Assembly: GCA_963702005.1 (NCBI GenBank)
Contig: OY969696.1
Span: 1,184,001-1,248,000 of the forward strand
DNA: 64,000 nt
Reading direction: 5' to 3'
Source: Candidatus Aminicenantes bacterium
GTDB lineage: Bacteria > Acidobacteriota > Aminicenantia > Aminicenantales > JAFGBC01
How positions within the stretch are numbered: position 1 is the first letter of the stretch; each line of letters begins with the position of its first letter. The position numbers and the translations under genes are program-made. The notes beneath the pieces were generated by a model, which saw only the letters and a program-made list of their open reading frames with translations, was not told the origin of the DNA and made no database searches. This document shows, one piece after another, positions 1 through 10,416 of the stretch.

Positions 1-211
1 AGGGCTCGATGAGGCCGGCCCGGTTTTCGGGCCAGATGGATTCAAGATGGAGGCTGTTGAGCGTGACCGCCTCGTCTTTGGCGTCGCCGACAAGGTAGAG
101 GTCGATACGAAGGGTCTTGTCGAGGAAGTGCTCGTCGAAAGCGACGGGCGTCTGGGCGGCCAGGGCGCTGACGACCCAGGCGGCCAGAAGGAGTTTTATG
201 GCGGTTTTCAT
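1..211 (-). CDS. Peptidase M64 (IgA peptidase-like), N-terminal part; runs off the window edge
   Basis: Not in the ORF track. Manual translation from ATG at 211 (GGAGG upstream): MKTAIKLLLAAWVVSALAAQTPVAFDEHFLDKTLRIDLYLVGDAKDEAVTLNSLHLESIWPENR, i.e. a signal peptide plus the 'F..KTLRID....G' start typical of M64 N-domains. Confidence 0.7.
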   Translation of the reverse strand, partial: MKTAIKLLLAAWVVSALAAQTPVAFDEHFLDKTLRIDLYLVGDAKDEAVTLNSLHLESIWPENRAGLIEP

Positions 212-338
212 GGCAGCCTCCCGTAATGACGTTTCTTCAGGGATATTGAATGTACCAAGCCCGGGAACAGCCTGTCAACCGGGGCTTTTGGCGATCGCCG
301 CAGCCGGACTTCCCCGCTCCCGATCTTCTCCCCAGACG

Positions 339-1082
339 CTACTTCCGGAGCGAGGCCTTGGAGAAGAGGGCGTCGGAAATGGGGGCGTCGAACTCAATCG
401 ACAGAATTCTCAATTCGGTTCCTTGGCCTTCCTTCAGCACATCTCGGAAAAGGATTTCCTTCGGTAGCCAGCGGTTCTGGACGAACTCGACGCTGCGCAC
501 CTCGAGCGTCTTGAGGAGCCGCCCGCTCTTGGCGTAGCGCTCCTCCTTGAGGACGATGTACCGGTCTTTATCCACCCAGGTCTTCCGGCTCGGATAAGCG
601 ACGTCCCCTGACCTGGACATCAGCTCCAGGACCCAGCAGGGCCGGTCCCCGAACGTCTCTTCCCCGGCCAGGCGGGCGGCGTAAGCTTCGCGGAGCTTGC
701 GATCGGCCATCATATCCTCGTAGGACAGGTCCGAGCCCATCACGGATTGACGCAGCATATGACCTGAGATGGCGATCGCCCTGTCGGTATCGGGCGAGTA
801 GGTCCAGAGCCGGTCGCCCAACTTGAGCATCTTGATTCCCCGCTCGCGCGGCGGGTCAAGATATTCGGTGAAGGCCTTGTCTTCGCCCTCGATCCAGGAT
901 TTGGCTTTGACCGTCCGGCTTTCGCGCCGGCCGTGGATGGTCATCTCGCCGACCAGGATCTTGCTGCCCGGCACCGCGTTGCGGTCGACCCGGTCGAGGA
1001 TCGCGTCCGCGGAAGGGACCTGAGCCGAGGCCGCCGCGGCGAGGGTGGCCATGGCTCCGATGAGCAGGGCGAATCTGTTCAT
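339..1082 (-). CDS. Outer-membrane lipoprotein-sorting (LolA-like) protein
   Basis: Likely start MNRFALL (signal peptide) overlapping the upstream stop; motifs 'YLDPPRERGIKMLK' and 'MGSDLSYEDM'; last gene of an ABC operon. Confidence 0.85.
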   Translation of the reverse strand: MNRFALLIGAMATLAAAASAQVPSADAILDRVDRNAVPGSKILVGEMTIHGRRESRTVKAKSWIEGEDKAFTEYLDPPRERGIKMLKLGDRLWTYSPDTDRAIAISGHMLRQSVMGSDLSYEDMMADRKLREAYAARLAGEETFGDRPCWVLELMSRSGDVAYPSRKTWVDKDRYIVLKEERYAKSGRLLKTLEVRSVEFVQNRWLPKEILFRDVLKEGQGTELRILSIEFDAPISDALFSKASLRK

Positions 1083-2353
1083 GATTCCAGCTCCTTGAAC
1101 AGGCTGGCCGTCTGGCGTTTGTAGATCGTCCGTCCGGCGATGGCCGTTCCGATCAGACTGGCCAGAAGACCGGGAACGAAGCCGATGACGAAGCTCAGTG
1201 GAGTGATCTTGGAACGTAACACGGTATCCATCAGGATGGTGATATTCTTCATGATGGAGCTGACATCGATCCCGTGGACCTGAAGGTACCAGCTCAAGCT
1301 CAGCCCGAGGACGGTGCCGGCCGTCGAGCCCAGGACGCCGATGAGGAGCGACTCGGCGAGCATGGTCCGATAGACGTGCCCCTTGGCCTCGCCGATGGCC
1401 AGCCGGAGGCCGAATTCCCCGTAGCGTCGGAGCGTCCCGACCAGCCCGGCGTTCCACATGACGAGCGACATGGCGAGGATGAAGATGAAGACGATGGCCG
1501 AGGTGGCATATCGCATCCAGCCGATCATGAGATCCATGCCCGGTTGTTCGGCCAAGGTCTGCATGACGGGGAGGAATTCGCCCCGGCGGCCGGCATATCG
1601 GCCATTGAACGGTCGAACCGCGGCGCCGGCCCGGTCTGGATGGTAGATCCCGTCCTTGAACAGGCCGAGGACTTCGCCGGCGGCGTCGTCCATGTCCAAA
1701 GCCCTGCGGAGGTCGGCCAGGTCGGCGATGAGGCCGGTCCGGTCCATGGCCCGTATGCCGAACCGGATCATCCCGGCGACCGTGAAGTTGGCCATGGCCA
1801 GGCTGCCGGCCATCGTCGTCGTGATCAGCGTGGCTTTGCCGCCTATGTCCAGTCCCAGCTTGCGGGCCAGCTCGTCGCTCATCAACAATTCGCCCGGAGC
1901 TCGGGGCATCCGGCCCCGGACCAGGAGCTTGGCCAAGCCGAGCAGCCCGGGCTCCGGGCTGCCGGGTGTCCGAAGGTCGACGGCCAGGCCCGAGACCGGC
2001 GCCTGAATCCGCGTCTCGCCCTCGTCGTCGGGAACGTCGAGCAGGCCGCCGAAGGGGATGCGGGCGACCCAGTCGAGGTCGGGATAAGCGGTCCGGAGCT
2101 CTTCCATCAGGGCCGCAACTCCGGTCAGGGCCAGCTCGTTGGGGACCTGGGCGATGTCCTGGGCATAGGCCCGGGTCATAACCTTGACGTGGCCGTGCCG
2201 CAGATTGGCGTTGCTGCGGATCATATTGTTCATCATCCCCTGGACATAACCGTAAAAGGCGACGGTCAGGAAGACTCCGGCCGTGACGACGAGGAGGGGA
2301 AATAGACTCCGGCCGCGGTCGCGAAGAACGCCCTTCAAGAGAAACCGGATCAT
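1079..2353 (-). CDS. ABC transporter permease, FtsX/LolC-LolE family
   Basis: Start MIRFLLK coupled by ATGA overlap; N-terminal TM, periplasmic MacB-type domain, 'RRYGEFGLRLAIG' and three C-terminal TMs. Confidence 0.88.
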   Translation of the reverse strand: MIRFLLKGVLRDRGRSLFPLLVVTAGVFLTVAFYGYVQGMMNNMIRSNANLRHGHVKVMTRAYAQDIAQVPNELALTGVAALMEELRTAYPDLDWVARIPFGGLLDVPDDEGETRIQAPVSGLAVDLRTPGSPEPGLLGLAKLLVRGRMPRAPGELLMSDELARKLGLDIGGKATLITTTMAGSLAMANFTVAGMIRFGIRAMDRTGLIADLADLRRALDMDDAAGEVLGLFKDGIYHPDRAGAAVRPFNGRYAGRRGEFLPVMQTLAEQPGMDLMIGWMRYATSAIVFIFILAMSLVMWNAGLVGTLRRYGEFGLRLAIGEAKGHVYRTMLAESLLIGVLGSTAGTVLGLSLSWYLQVHGIDVSSIMKNITILMDTVLRSKITPLSFVIGFVPGLLASLIGTAIAGRTIYKRQTASLFKELES

Positions 2354-3525
2354 GTCATCCTCCCTTGAAGAGCGTCGGTCGGCTTGAGCTTGGCGATTTT
2401 CCTCGCCGGCAGGTAGCTGATAATCGTGGTGATCAGGAAGACGAGAACGGTCGTCCCCAGCACCAGCGCCGCGCTGTAGGCGGGATACATCTTGTCGCTC
2501 ATGGCGATGCCGAAGCTGTCCCCTTGGTTTGCGCCAAAGGACAAGCCGTGGACGGCGAAGTAAGCCAACACGGGGATTCCCCACAGGGCGCCGACGATGG
2601 CGGCGAAGACGCCGTTGAGGGCTCCCTCGAAGGTGAACAGCCCTATCACCCGGCCGCGGGTGACTCCGAGCGCCATCATCGTCCCGATTTCCTTGCGCCG
2701 CCTCCAGATCGAAAGGAGTTGCGTATTCAGGATGGCCAGCGCGGCCAGGAAGAGGAGGATCGCGTAGAGCACGGAGGCGCCGACCGTCTTGCCCTTGACG
2801 ATGTCTTTGATGTCCTTGAGCAGGACGTCGAGGCTCTGAAACGACCAGCCCGGGACGGCGGCGGTCGGGGCCGAATCCTTGGCGGTGACTACGATCGTGG
2901 CCTCCCCCGGCATGGCCGCCATATCCCGCAGGGTCGCGATCGGCAGCCAGACTTGGCCTTCGTCGATGGATTGGGCGATCGTCTTCATGACCTCGACGAT
3001 CTGGATGTCCCGGGCGTCGAAGGCGCCCCCGGCGTCGCGCCAGCGGACGGTCACCGTGTCGCCCGCGGCCAGCCCTCCGGTTTGAGCCATGCGGCTTCCG
3101 ACGAGCGCCGGAATGTCGTCGCCGGACGTCCGCAGGGTTCCCGTGGGAATGGACAGAAGGGATTGGCCGGGCTCGATCCCTTTGAGCAGGACGGGAAGGA
3201 TCCGCCCGCGGGGGTAGATCGTCCCCTGAACGATCAGGATCGGCGTCGCCTTGCCGGCGTCGATCTGGATCTGGAGAGGAGCGGCCGGGACGGCGTGGGC
3301 GTCCTGGATGGTGAACGGGTCGTAGGGATCATAGCCCTCCACCCAGTATTGCCCCCCGCCGTACTCGGCGTCGATCATGGTTCTTGACACTTCGGCGTCG
3401 AAGCCGTTGTAGAGGCCCTGGGCCCAGATGATGGCGACATAGGCCATGGACAGCACGGCCGCGTTCAGCCAGGTCTTGGCTCCGGCGCCCAGCATGTTGC
3501 GGATGGCCAGCTTGGGGATGATCAT
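2350..3525 (-). CDS. ABC transporter permease, FtsX/LolC-LolE family
   Basis: 'KLAIRN' start, 'RRKEIGTMMALG' and 'YLPARKIAKLKPTDAL' end motifs. Confidence 0.9.
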   Translation of the reverse strand: MIIPKLAIRNMLGAGAKTWLNAAVLSMAYVAIIWAQGLYNGFDAEVSRTMIDAEYGGGQYWVEGYDPYDPFTIQDAHAVPAAPLQIQIDAGKATPILIVQGTIYPRGRILPVLLKGIEPGQSLLSIPTGTLRTSGDDIPALVGSRMAQTGGLAAGDTVTVRWRDAGGAFDARDIQIVEVMKTIAQSIDEGQVWLPIATLRDMAAMPGEATIVVTAKDSAPTAAVPGWSFQSLDVLLKDIKDIVKGKTVGASVLYAILLFLAALAILNTQLLSIWRRRKEIGTMMALGVTRGRVIGLFTFEGALNGVFAAIVGALWGIPVLAYFAVHGLSFGANQGDSFGIAMSDKMYPAYSAALVLGTTVLVFLITTIISYLPARKIAKLKPTDALQGRMT

Positions 3526-3534
3526 GGTCCCCTC

Positions 3535-4242
3535 CTAGCGGCCGGCGCCGGATTCGTCCTTGGCGACCCGGCCGTCGACGAGCGTGATCTTGCGCCTCAA
3601 GTGTCCGATGACTTTGTCGTCGTGGGTGGAGAAGAGGAATGTCGTCCGCAGCTCGCGGTTGATGTTCTCCATGGTGCGGAGAATGTGGTGGGAGTTCTCG
3701 GCGTCCAGGTTGGCCGTCGGCTCGTCGGCCAGGACGAGCTCGGGCTTTTTGACAACGGCCCGGGCGATGGCCACGCGTTGGCTCTGGCCGCCCGATAGCT
3801 GGTTGGGACGAGACTTAGCACGGTCGGCCAGGTGGACCCACTCCAGCGCGTCCATGACCGCCTTACGCCGGGCCGCCGCCGCAATCCCCAACAGGAGAAG
3901 GGGGAACTCGACGTTTTCAAAGACGGTGTAGACGGGAAGGAGGTTGAATGTTTGGAAGATGAATCCGATATGGCGGTTCCGCAGCTCGGCCGCCTTCTTG
4001 TGGGGAAGGGCCTCCACCCTCAGTCCGAGGACTTCGGCGCTTCCCCGGGTCGGCGCGTCGAGCGAGCCGAGGATGTTGAGGAGGGTGGTCTTCCCCGACC
4101 CGCTCGGTCCGACCAGCCCGGCAAACTCGCCCCGTCCGAAGGTCAGGTTCACGTCTTGGAGGGCGGTGATGGATTGCTCGCCCATGGGATAGATCTTGAC
4201 CAGGTCCGTCGTTCGGATGATCGTTCCGTTGTCCATGGTCAC
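3535..4242 (-). CDS. ABC transporter ATP-binding protein (LolD-like)
   Basis: Walker A GPSGSGKT, signature LSGGQ, Walker B VLADEPT, H-loop STHD. Confidence 0.95.
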   Translation of the reverse strand: MTMDNGTIIRTTDLVKIYPMGEQSITALQDVNLTFGRGEFAGLVGPSGSGKTTLLNILGSLDAPTRGSAEVLGLRVEALPHKKAAELRNRHIGFIFQTFNLLPVYTVFENVEFPLLLLGIAAAARRKAVMDALEWVHLADRAKSRPNQLSGGQSQRVAIARAVVKKPELVLADEPTANLDAENSHHILRTMENINRELRTTFLFSTHDDKVIGHLRRKITLVDGRVAKDESGAGR

Positions 4243-4248
4243 CTCGCG

Positions 4249-5400
4249 TCAGTGATCGTAAACCAGCGTGATCTGGATCCCCTTGCCGGCGAAGAGGTTC
4301 GTTTCCGCACGGTTGGCGTAGATCGCGTACCGATCCGCGTTCCAGAACCCTATAAGGAAGAAGGTCCAGGAGTCCGTGGTCCGCTGCCAGGTCAGGAAAC
4401 GGTACCAGTCTCCCGAGGTCCAGTCGTGGAAGACGATGGCGTGGAGGCGGTCGAGGAGCCCCAACGGAAAGTCCGCGCTCAGGGCGGTCAGGCTCCGCCT
4501 CGTCCCGGGCCCCAAGGCCTCCCGGGAGACGTCGAAGAGGAGATGTTCGGCCATGAGGTGAAGCCCGCTCCCGAGTCCGACGGTGCCGTCGAGCCCGAAG
4601 CTGAGCATCCGCTGGTATTTCCAGGGATAGACGCGCCACCCCTGGCGGACGAGGGCAGCCTCGAACCACACCCCGGGTCCGATGTCCCATTTCCCGTCGA
4701 GGCCGAGCCGGTCCTCGGAGGCGTTTTCGCTCTCGCCGGGCGGAAGAGGGACCAGGCTTTGGGAAGTGCTGAGGCGGCGGTGGTGGTAAGTCAAGGCCGC
4801 TTCTCCAGAGAGGACGGGCGTTTGGATCCGGCCGCCGAACTCGGGCGCTTTAGGACGCGTCGGGATGGTCTCCCAGCCCTTGACGTCGTCGTTTCCGTAT
4901 AGGCCCCACAGCCAGATGTTGGTGTTGTCGGCGAAAGTGTACTTGAGGAGAAGGCCGCCGACTCCGTCCGTGAGCTGCAGCGGATCGTTGGGGTCGAGGC
5001 GGTCGAACCACATCAACGGCCTGAGGAGCAGGGCCGAACCGAAGTTGATCTTCTGCAGTCCCAAACGGGCCTCGAACCGGGCGGTCGAGAAGCGAATCCA
5101 GGCTCGGTAGGGCTTCACCGCGCCGCTCGTCACGGCCGCGGGCAAGGACGATCCCTGGGCGGTTAGATAGACGTTGGCCGAAATCTCGGCGTCGAGGGTA
5201 AGTCCTCCGCCCAGATCTTTTTTCAGAGAGAAGGAGGGGATGTAACGCAGGCCGAGAGCCGTCTCGGCGGCCGGGCGGTCATGGAAACCCAGCCAGAAGG
5301 AAAGCCGGCCCCGAATGTCGAGGTCGGCCGGATAGGCAATCCCGGCCAATATAGCGAAGAGCCCGATGAAGAGGATCGGGACTCGGCGAGCGTTAGCCAC
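4249..5400 (-). CDS. Putative outer-membrane beta-barrel protein, first gene of the ABC operon
   Basis: Signal peptide; aromatic-rich alternating beta-strand pattern; 'GLQKINFG...RPLMWFD' segment; co-directional with the LolCDE-like genes. Confidence 0.65.
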   Translation of the reverse strand: MANARRVPILFIGLFAILAGIAYPADLDIRGRLSFWLGFHDRPAAETALGLRYIPSFSLKKDLGGGLTLDAEISANVYLTAQGSSLPAAVTSGAVKPYRAWIRFSTARFEARLGLQKINFGSALLLRPLMWFDRLDPNDPLQLTDGVGGLLLKYTFADNTNIWLWGLYGNDDVKGWETIPTRPKAPEFGGRIQTPVLSGEAALTYHHRRLSTSQSLVPLPPGESENASEDRLGLDGKWDIGPGVWFEAALVRQGWRVYPWKYQRMLSFGLDGTVGLGSGLHLMAEHLLFDVSREALGPGTRRSLTALSADFPLGLLDRLHAIVFHDWTSGDWYRFLTWQRTTDSWTFFLIGFWNADRYAIYANRAETNLFAGKGIQITLVYDH

Positions 5401-5561
5401 GGCCGTTCACTCTATCCTTCTCGTCCGTCCAGGGACGTAGAATACGATGATATAATATCAAAAAAGGAATTGCACAATGATTTTTCGGATCGCGGGAGCG
5501 CGTCCGCGGCCTCGTAAATGACGCCTACTTTTCTCTTCGGGATCACGGCTTCGAGGGCGCG

Positions 5562-6833
5562 TCAACGCCACTCGACGGGTTTGAGACGCGGCGCCAGAAT
5601 CTGGATGATCCCAAGGGCGATGAGATAGGCCGTTGCGGCGATCGCGAACAGCGGCCAGTAACTCCCCGTCCGCTCCAGGATGAACCCGGCCGAGGTCGAG
5701 AAGAGCATCCCGCCCGCCGCGCCGGCCGTCCCGCCCAAACCCGTGACGGAGCCCACGGCCTGCTTGGGGAACATGTCCGAGGCGAAGGTGAAGATGTTGG
5801 CCGACCAGGCTTGATGGGAGGCCGTGGCCAGCCCGAGGAGCAGGACCGCGCCCCAGAGATGCGAGGCCCGCGAGGCGGTCAGGATGGGGAGGACGGCCAG
5901 GGCGCAGACGAGCATGACGAGCTTCCGGCTCCGGTTGACCGTCCAGCCGCGCCGGATGAAGGCCGAAGAGAGCCAGCCGCCCCCGACGCTTCCGACGTCG
6001 GTGATAAGATAGATGACGATCAGGGGAAGGCCGAGACCGGCCAGGGACAGCCCGAACTTCGCGTTTAGGAACTTGGGAAGCCAATAGAGGTAGAACCACC
6101 AGATGGGGTCGGTCAGGAACTTGCCGATGACGATGGCCCAGGTCTGGCGGTGGCGCAGGAGGCGGGCCCAGGGGATTTTTTCGGGCGCCGCGTCGGGCGG
6201 ATCGCTCTGGATATAGGCTCGCTCGGCCGGGCCGAGGCTCTTTTTTTTCTCGGGCACTTGGTATGAGGCCAGCCAGAACAGGACCCAGACAAAGCCGATG
6301 GCGCCGGTCAGAAGGAACGCGGCGGGCCAGCCGAAGCGGACCGTGATCCAGGGGACGACGGCGGGCGCGACGACCGCCCCGATGTTGGAACCGGCGTTAA
6401 AGATCCCGGTGGCCAGGGCCCGCTCCCGGCGCGGAAACCATTCGGCCACGGCCTTGATCGCCGAGGGAAAATTCCCCGACTCGCCCAGCCCCAGGGCGAA
6501 ACGGGCTAGGCCGAATCCGAGGACGCTGCCGGCCGCGGCATGGGCCATAGCCGCGACGCTCCACAGGACGACGGCCGCCGCGTAGCCGATCCGCGTCCCG
6601 TAGCGGTCGATGAGACGGCCGAACAGGGCCAAGCCCAGCGCATAAGCCGCCTGGAAGGCGGTGACGATGGCGCCGTATTCGACTTCGTTCCAGCCGATGA
6701 CCTTCTGGAGGTGGGGCGCCAGGATGCCCAGCGCCTGGCGGTCGATGTAGTTGATGGTGGTCCCGGCGAACAGGAGGCCGCACACCGTCCAGCGGACGCG
6801 CCCGGTTCGCTCGCCCGCCGGCTTCTGCTTCAT
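5562..6833 (-). CDS. exuT: MFS hexuronate transporter (ExuT-like)
   Basis: 'TTINYIDRQ', 'GESGNFP', 'EWFPRRERALATGIFNAG' and 'DPIWWFYLYWLP' motifs; about 12 TM segments. Confidence 0.88.
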   Translation of the reverse strand: MKQKPAGERTGRVRWTVCGLLFAGTTINYIDRQALGILAPHLQKVIGWNEVEYGAIVTAFQAAYALGLALFGRLIDRYGTRIGYAAAVVLWSVAAMAHAAAGSVLGFGLARFALGLGESGNFPSAIKAVAEWFPRRERALATGIFNAGSNIGAVVAPAVVPWITVRFGWPAAFLLTGAIGFVWVLFWLASYQVPEKKKSLGPAERAYIQSDPPDAAPEKIPWARLLRHRQTWAIVIGKFLTDPIWWFYLYWLPKFLNAKFGLSLAGLGLPLIVIYLITDVGSVGGGWLSSAFIRRGWTVNRSRKLVMLVCALAVLPILTASRASHLWGAVLLLGLATASHQAWSANIFTFASDMFPKQAVGSVTGLGGTAGAAGGMLFSTSAGFILERTGSYWPLFAIAATAYLIALGIIQILAPRLKPVEWR

Positions 6834-6877
6834 GGCTTCCGATTATGTATCACACCGGATGCGCGAACACAAGGGAA

Positions 6878-6934
6878 GGAATTCGGGGGACATGTACTGA
6901 ACTTCTTAGTTCGGTAACGTGTCCCCCGAATTCC
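6878..6934. repeat. Palindromic REP-like element, family A copy 1
   Basis: GGAATTCGGGGGACATGTACTGAACT-tctt-AGTTCGGTAACGTGTCCCCCGAATTCC, an imperfect inverted repeat. Confidence 0.8.
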
Positions 6935-6944
6935 GTTTTCGAAT

Positions 6945-7937
6945 TCAGAGGATGCGCGGTTTTAAGACGACGGCTCCCAGCCGCTCGAGCTCGCGCCGAA
7001 GTTTTTCATACATCCGGTCGTCCAGATACATTCCGACGATCGATCCGCCCGAGCCCGCGAACTTGGCGGCCGCCCCGCAGGCGCGGGCCGCCTCGATCAT
7101 CTCCAGGTCGCCCGGCCGGATGGTCTGAATCGTGCGCCGTATGTCGAAGTTCTCGTTCATATAGTCGAACAACCGTTCCCGGCGTCCGGAGAGGAGCGCC
7201 TCCCTCCCCAACGCGGCCAGCTCGGCGAGCCGGCCCAGGGCGGCCTTGACGGTGAGATCTCCTTTGTCGTAGCAGATCCGGATTTCGCTCAGGACATGCC
7301 CGGACACCTTGGCCGCATCCGGCTTGTAAGCCAGGTAGAGGGGCGGGAGGAGCGCCGCGTCCATTCGTTCATAGCGGCCGTGGCCGCGGGCCCGGACGAA
7401 TGACTCCTCCAAATCCATGTAGACGCATCCCCCGTAGACCTGGACGACGCGGTCCATGAATCCGGCGTTAATGCCCAGCTCTTCCCGCTCGGCCCTCAAG
7501 CTGAGAGTGGGCTGGATTTCGATCGGAATTTCCGCGCCGCTGAAGGCCATCAGGGCCCTAAGCCCAGCGACGATGATCGCGCTCGACCCGCCCAACCCGA
7601 CCTGGCGCGGGATGGTCGAGCTGTAGCGCAGGGTGAAATTTGTCGCCGGAATCTCGATGTTTCGGTCGCGGCAGTAATCCCAGAAGAGACGGAGGAGGGC
7701 CTTAAGAAGCCGGACTCCGCCGTCATAGCCGTAGAGGCGGTTTCGTTCGACGAGGTCGGCGTAGCTGGAGTATTCGTCCGCCTCCTCGGCCGGCGGGACG
7801 ATCGAGAGCCGGTCGCTCTCCTCCAGCGTCACCCGGGCTTCGAAATCGCGCACGGAGACGGCCAGGATCTTGCCGAAGTAGCCGTCCGAGGGATTGCCGA
7901 GCAGCCCGGCCCGCGCGCAGGCGACGCCTTCGATCAT
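6945..7937 (-). CDS. GHMP kinase, glucuronokinase-like
   Basis: GHMP motif PRQVGLGGSSA and 'KFAGSGG'; N-terminal 'ARAGLLGNPSDGYFGK' resembles plant glucuronokinase; next to exuT. Confidence 0.8.
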   Translation of the reverse strand: MIEGVACARAGLLGNPSDGYFGKILAVSVRDFEARVTLEESDRLSIVPPAEEADEYSSYADLVERNRLYGYDGGVRLLKALLRLFWDYCRDRNIEIPATNFTLRYSSTIPRQVGLGGSSAIIVAGLRALMAFSGAEIPIEIQPTLSLRAEREELGINAGFMDRVVQVYGGCVYMDLEESFVRARGHGRYERMDAALLPPLYLAYKPDAAKVSGHVLSEIRICYDKGDLTVKAALGRLAELAALGREALLSGRRERLFDYMNENFDIRRTIQTIRPGDLEMIEAARACGAAAKFAGSGGSIVGMYLDDRMYEKLRRELERLGAVVLKPRIL

Positions 7938-8794
7938 AGGGTATCTAAGACTCCTCTCAAATAGCCGGCGGATTCGGCCGCGCCGGGGAGCGGATCGTTC
8001 TCGTCTTTTTCGAATTCGAGGCTGACCTTGCCGCCGTAGCCGAGGCGGATCAGGGTTTGCAGGAGCTTGGGAATATCGACGACGCCGCGGCCGATCTCGA
8101 CGGGGCCTCCCTGGGCGTCCGCCGAGGTGACGTCCTTGATGTGGACGTCCAGCAGGCGCTCGAAAAACCGTTCAGCCTCGTCCGCGGGGTCGAGGCCGCT
8201 GCGGGCGGCGTGCCCGGCGTCGAGGCAGAGCCCGACCCGGGGGTCGAGGTCACGGATCTTGAGATAGGCGTCTTCCGGAGTCGGATAAATCCTATCCGCG
8301 GGGCCGTGGTTATGAAGGGCCAGCTTGATGCCGCAGTCCCGGACGGCTTTCTCGGCGAGCGGGAGGAGCTCGATGTCGGGAACGCCGATAATGATGGAGA
8401 TGCCGGCGGCGCGGGCGTAATCGAAGGCCTGTCGGATTTCGTTTTCGCTCTTCATGTAGACGACGCCGCATCCGTAGAGGTCCAGGCCGGCCGCGCGGAC
8501 CTTGGCCGCCGCGGTCCCGACGACTTCGGGAGAGCTGTCCAGGGCGAGATGGACGCTTTTCAAGGCGATCGCTTCCAAGCCGAGCCTCAGGGTCATGGCC
8601 ACGACCTCATCCAGGCTGAAAGCGCGGAACGTGTAAGACGTTAATCCCAGCTTAAGGGGGACCGAGCTTTTTGCGTCTCGCGAGAGATTTCCGGACGATC
8701 GGGGGTGCGCCGCGCCGATTTCGGCCGGGGCCGTCAAAGCCGCGCCGGCCGCAAGCCCGGCCGCTTTGATAAAGTCCCTCCGGGTCGTGGCCAT
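7934..8794 (-). CDS. Tat-exported sugar phosphate isomerase/epimerase (xylose isomerase-like TIM barrel)
   Basis: Start MATTRRDFIK (twin-arginine signal); 'LHNHG', 'CLDAGH', 'VHIKD' and 'SLEFE' metal motifs. Confidence 0.88.
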   Translation of the reverse strand: MATTRRDFIKAAGLAAGAALTAPAEIGAAHPRSSGNLSRDAKSSVPLKLGLTSYTFRAFSLDEVVAMTLRLGLEAIALKSVHLALDSSPEVVGTAAAKVRAAGLDLYGCGVVYMKSENEIRQAFDYARAAGISIIIGVPDIELLPLAEKAVRDCGIKLALHNHGPADRIYPTPEDAYLKIRDLDPRVGLCLDAGHAARSGLDPADEAERFFERLLDVHIKDVTSADAQGGPVEIGRGVVDIPKLLQTLIRLGYGGKVSLEFEKDENDPLPGAAESAGYLRGVLDTL

Positions 8795-8811
8795 CGGTCT
8801 TTCCTTAATTA

Positions 8812-10158
8812 TTATAAAGCGGGCAGAGCCCAGGGAGCGCGATAGTTCCTCCCGACCAGGGCTTGGGCCTCGGCGTCTCCCGGGCATTGCTCTGCCGCCG
8901 CGTCCCAGGCGATCCGGCGGCGTAAGCGATAGGCAATGTTGGCGAGATGGCTGGGGATCAAGGACTTATGCCCGACCTCGGCGTCCGAAGCCGGGGTTTG
9001 GCGCGACTTGACGCAGTCCACGAAGTTCCGGACATGGTCGAAGTGGAAGTCGCTCGACCCGGTTTGCCGGGGCCGGGGCATCATCCGGAACACGCGCTCG
9101 GGCTGGGCGAGCTTGTCGGTCTCGGAGTGGACCTCCCAGCCGCCCCGGTCGACGACCAGGATGCCGTTCGCGCCGTGGAACTCGCAGCCGTGTTCGCGTT
9201 CCCAAGGACCTTGGCCGCATCCGATCATGTGTTCCCAGACGAGCGAATAGCTCGGGAATTCGATGAGCGCCTGCTGGGTGTCGGGCGTCTCGCGGATGTC
9301 GGTTGGGAACCCGAACTTCCCGCCGATGGAGGCGGCGCCCTGCGGCTCCTCGGCCATGGCCCAAATGACGACGTCGATCATGTGGGCGCCCCAGTCCGTC
9401 ATCAGCCCGCCCGAGTAGTCCCAGAACCAGCGGAAGTTATGGTGGAAGCGCATCGGGTTGAAAGGCCGTTCGGGCGCCGGGCCGAGCCACATGTCGTAAT
9501 CGACCGTGGGCGGGGCGGGCTCGTCGGGAGGATTGCCGATGTCCCCCTTCCAGTCTAGGTAGGCCCAGGCCCGGACCATCCGGATCCGGCCCAGCGCTCC
9601 CGACCGGACGAAAGCGACCGCGTCCTGGAAGAATCCGGAGCTCCGCTGCTGGGTTCCGACCTGGACGACACGGTTGAAGCGGCGGGCGGCCGTCACGATC
9701 GCCCGGCCTTCGGCGATGGACGTGGCCAGCGGCTTTTCGACATAGACGTCCTTGCCGGCTTGACAGGCGTAGATCGAGGCCAGAGCGTGCCAGTGGTCGG
9801 GAGTCGCGACGACCACGGCGTCGATATCCTTCCGCTCGAGGAGCTTGCGGAAATCCCGGTATCCTTCCGGCGCCCGGTTCCGGGCGTCCTTGACCGCCTT
9901 GAGGCCGTCGGCCAGGCGCGTCTCGTCGACTTCCGCCACGGCCGGGCACTCGACCTCGGGCAGGCGCAGAAAATCGGCAAGGTCGGCCGAACCCATGCCG
10001 CCGTAGCCGATGAATCCGATCCGGACCTTATCGCCGGCCGGAACCCGGCCGGGCTTGGAAGCTGATGCTGCGGCTTGAGCGCCGACGCCGAAGAGCACGG
10101 TCGCCGCCGAAGCCTTTGAGGTCGTTCCCAGGAATTCGCGTCGGGAGAAGGATTTCAT
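8812..10158 (-). CDS. Tat-exported Gfo/Idh/MocA family oxidoreductase
   Basis: SRREFL Tat signal; 'IGYGGMG', 'ATPDHWH', 'YVEKP', 'GTQQRS' and 'DWGAHMID' motifs. Confidence 0.93.
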   Translation of the reverse strand: MKSFSRREFLGTTSKASAATVLFGVGAQAAASASKPGRVPAGDKVRIGFIGYGGMGSADLADFLRLPEVECPAVAEVDETRLADGLKAVKDARNRAPEGYRDFRKLLERKDIDAVVVATPDHWHALASIYACQAGKDVYVEKPLATSIAEGRAIVTAARRFNRVVQVGTQQRSSGFFQDAVAFVRSGALGRIRMVRAWAYLDWKGDIGNPPDEPAPPTVDYDMWLGPAPERPFNPMRFHHNFRWFWDYSGGLMTDWGAHMIDVVIWAMAEEPQGAASIGGKFGFPTDIRETPDTQQALIEFPSYSLVWEHMIGCGQGPWEREHGCEFHGANGILVVDRGGWEVHSETDKLAQPERVFRMMPRPRQTGSSDFHFDHVRNFVDCVKSRQTPASDAEVGHKSLIPSHLANIAYRLRRRIAWDAAAEQCPGDAEAQALVGRNYRAPWALPAL

Positions 10159-10249
10159 GATGGGCTCCTCCTTCGTTCGGATGGATACACAGCTATTATA
10201 TACAAAGAACTCGCGCCGTTTGCCAGGTCTTTCTTTCCGGCGTTCGAAT

Positions 10250-10361
10250 TTGACCCGTTCGCCGACGCCAAGCCCCGCCTTTCAAGGCGGGGATGAGAGC
10301 GAGGCTCAGGGTTAATCATGAACAAGCCCCGGCCTTCAGGCCGGGGAGTCGATGATTTGAC
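10250..10361 (+). repeat. Multi-hairpin MITE/REP-like element, family B copy 1
   Basis: TTGACCCGTTCGCCGACGC..CCCCGCCTTTCAAGGCGGGG..GAGGCTCAGGGTTAATCATGAACAAGCCCCGGCCTTCAGGCCGGGGAGTCGATGATTTGAC; homologous copies at 34550 and 50562. Confidence 0.85.
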
Positions 10362-10416
10362 TTCACCCTCCCGCTTTGAGACGATAGCCGTCTGCGCGAG
10401 ATTCAAGGAGGCGTTA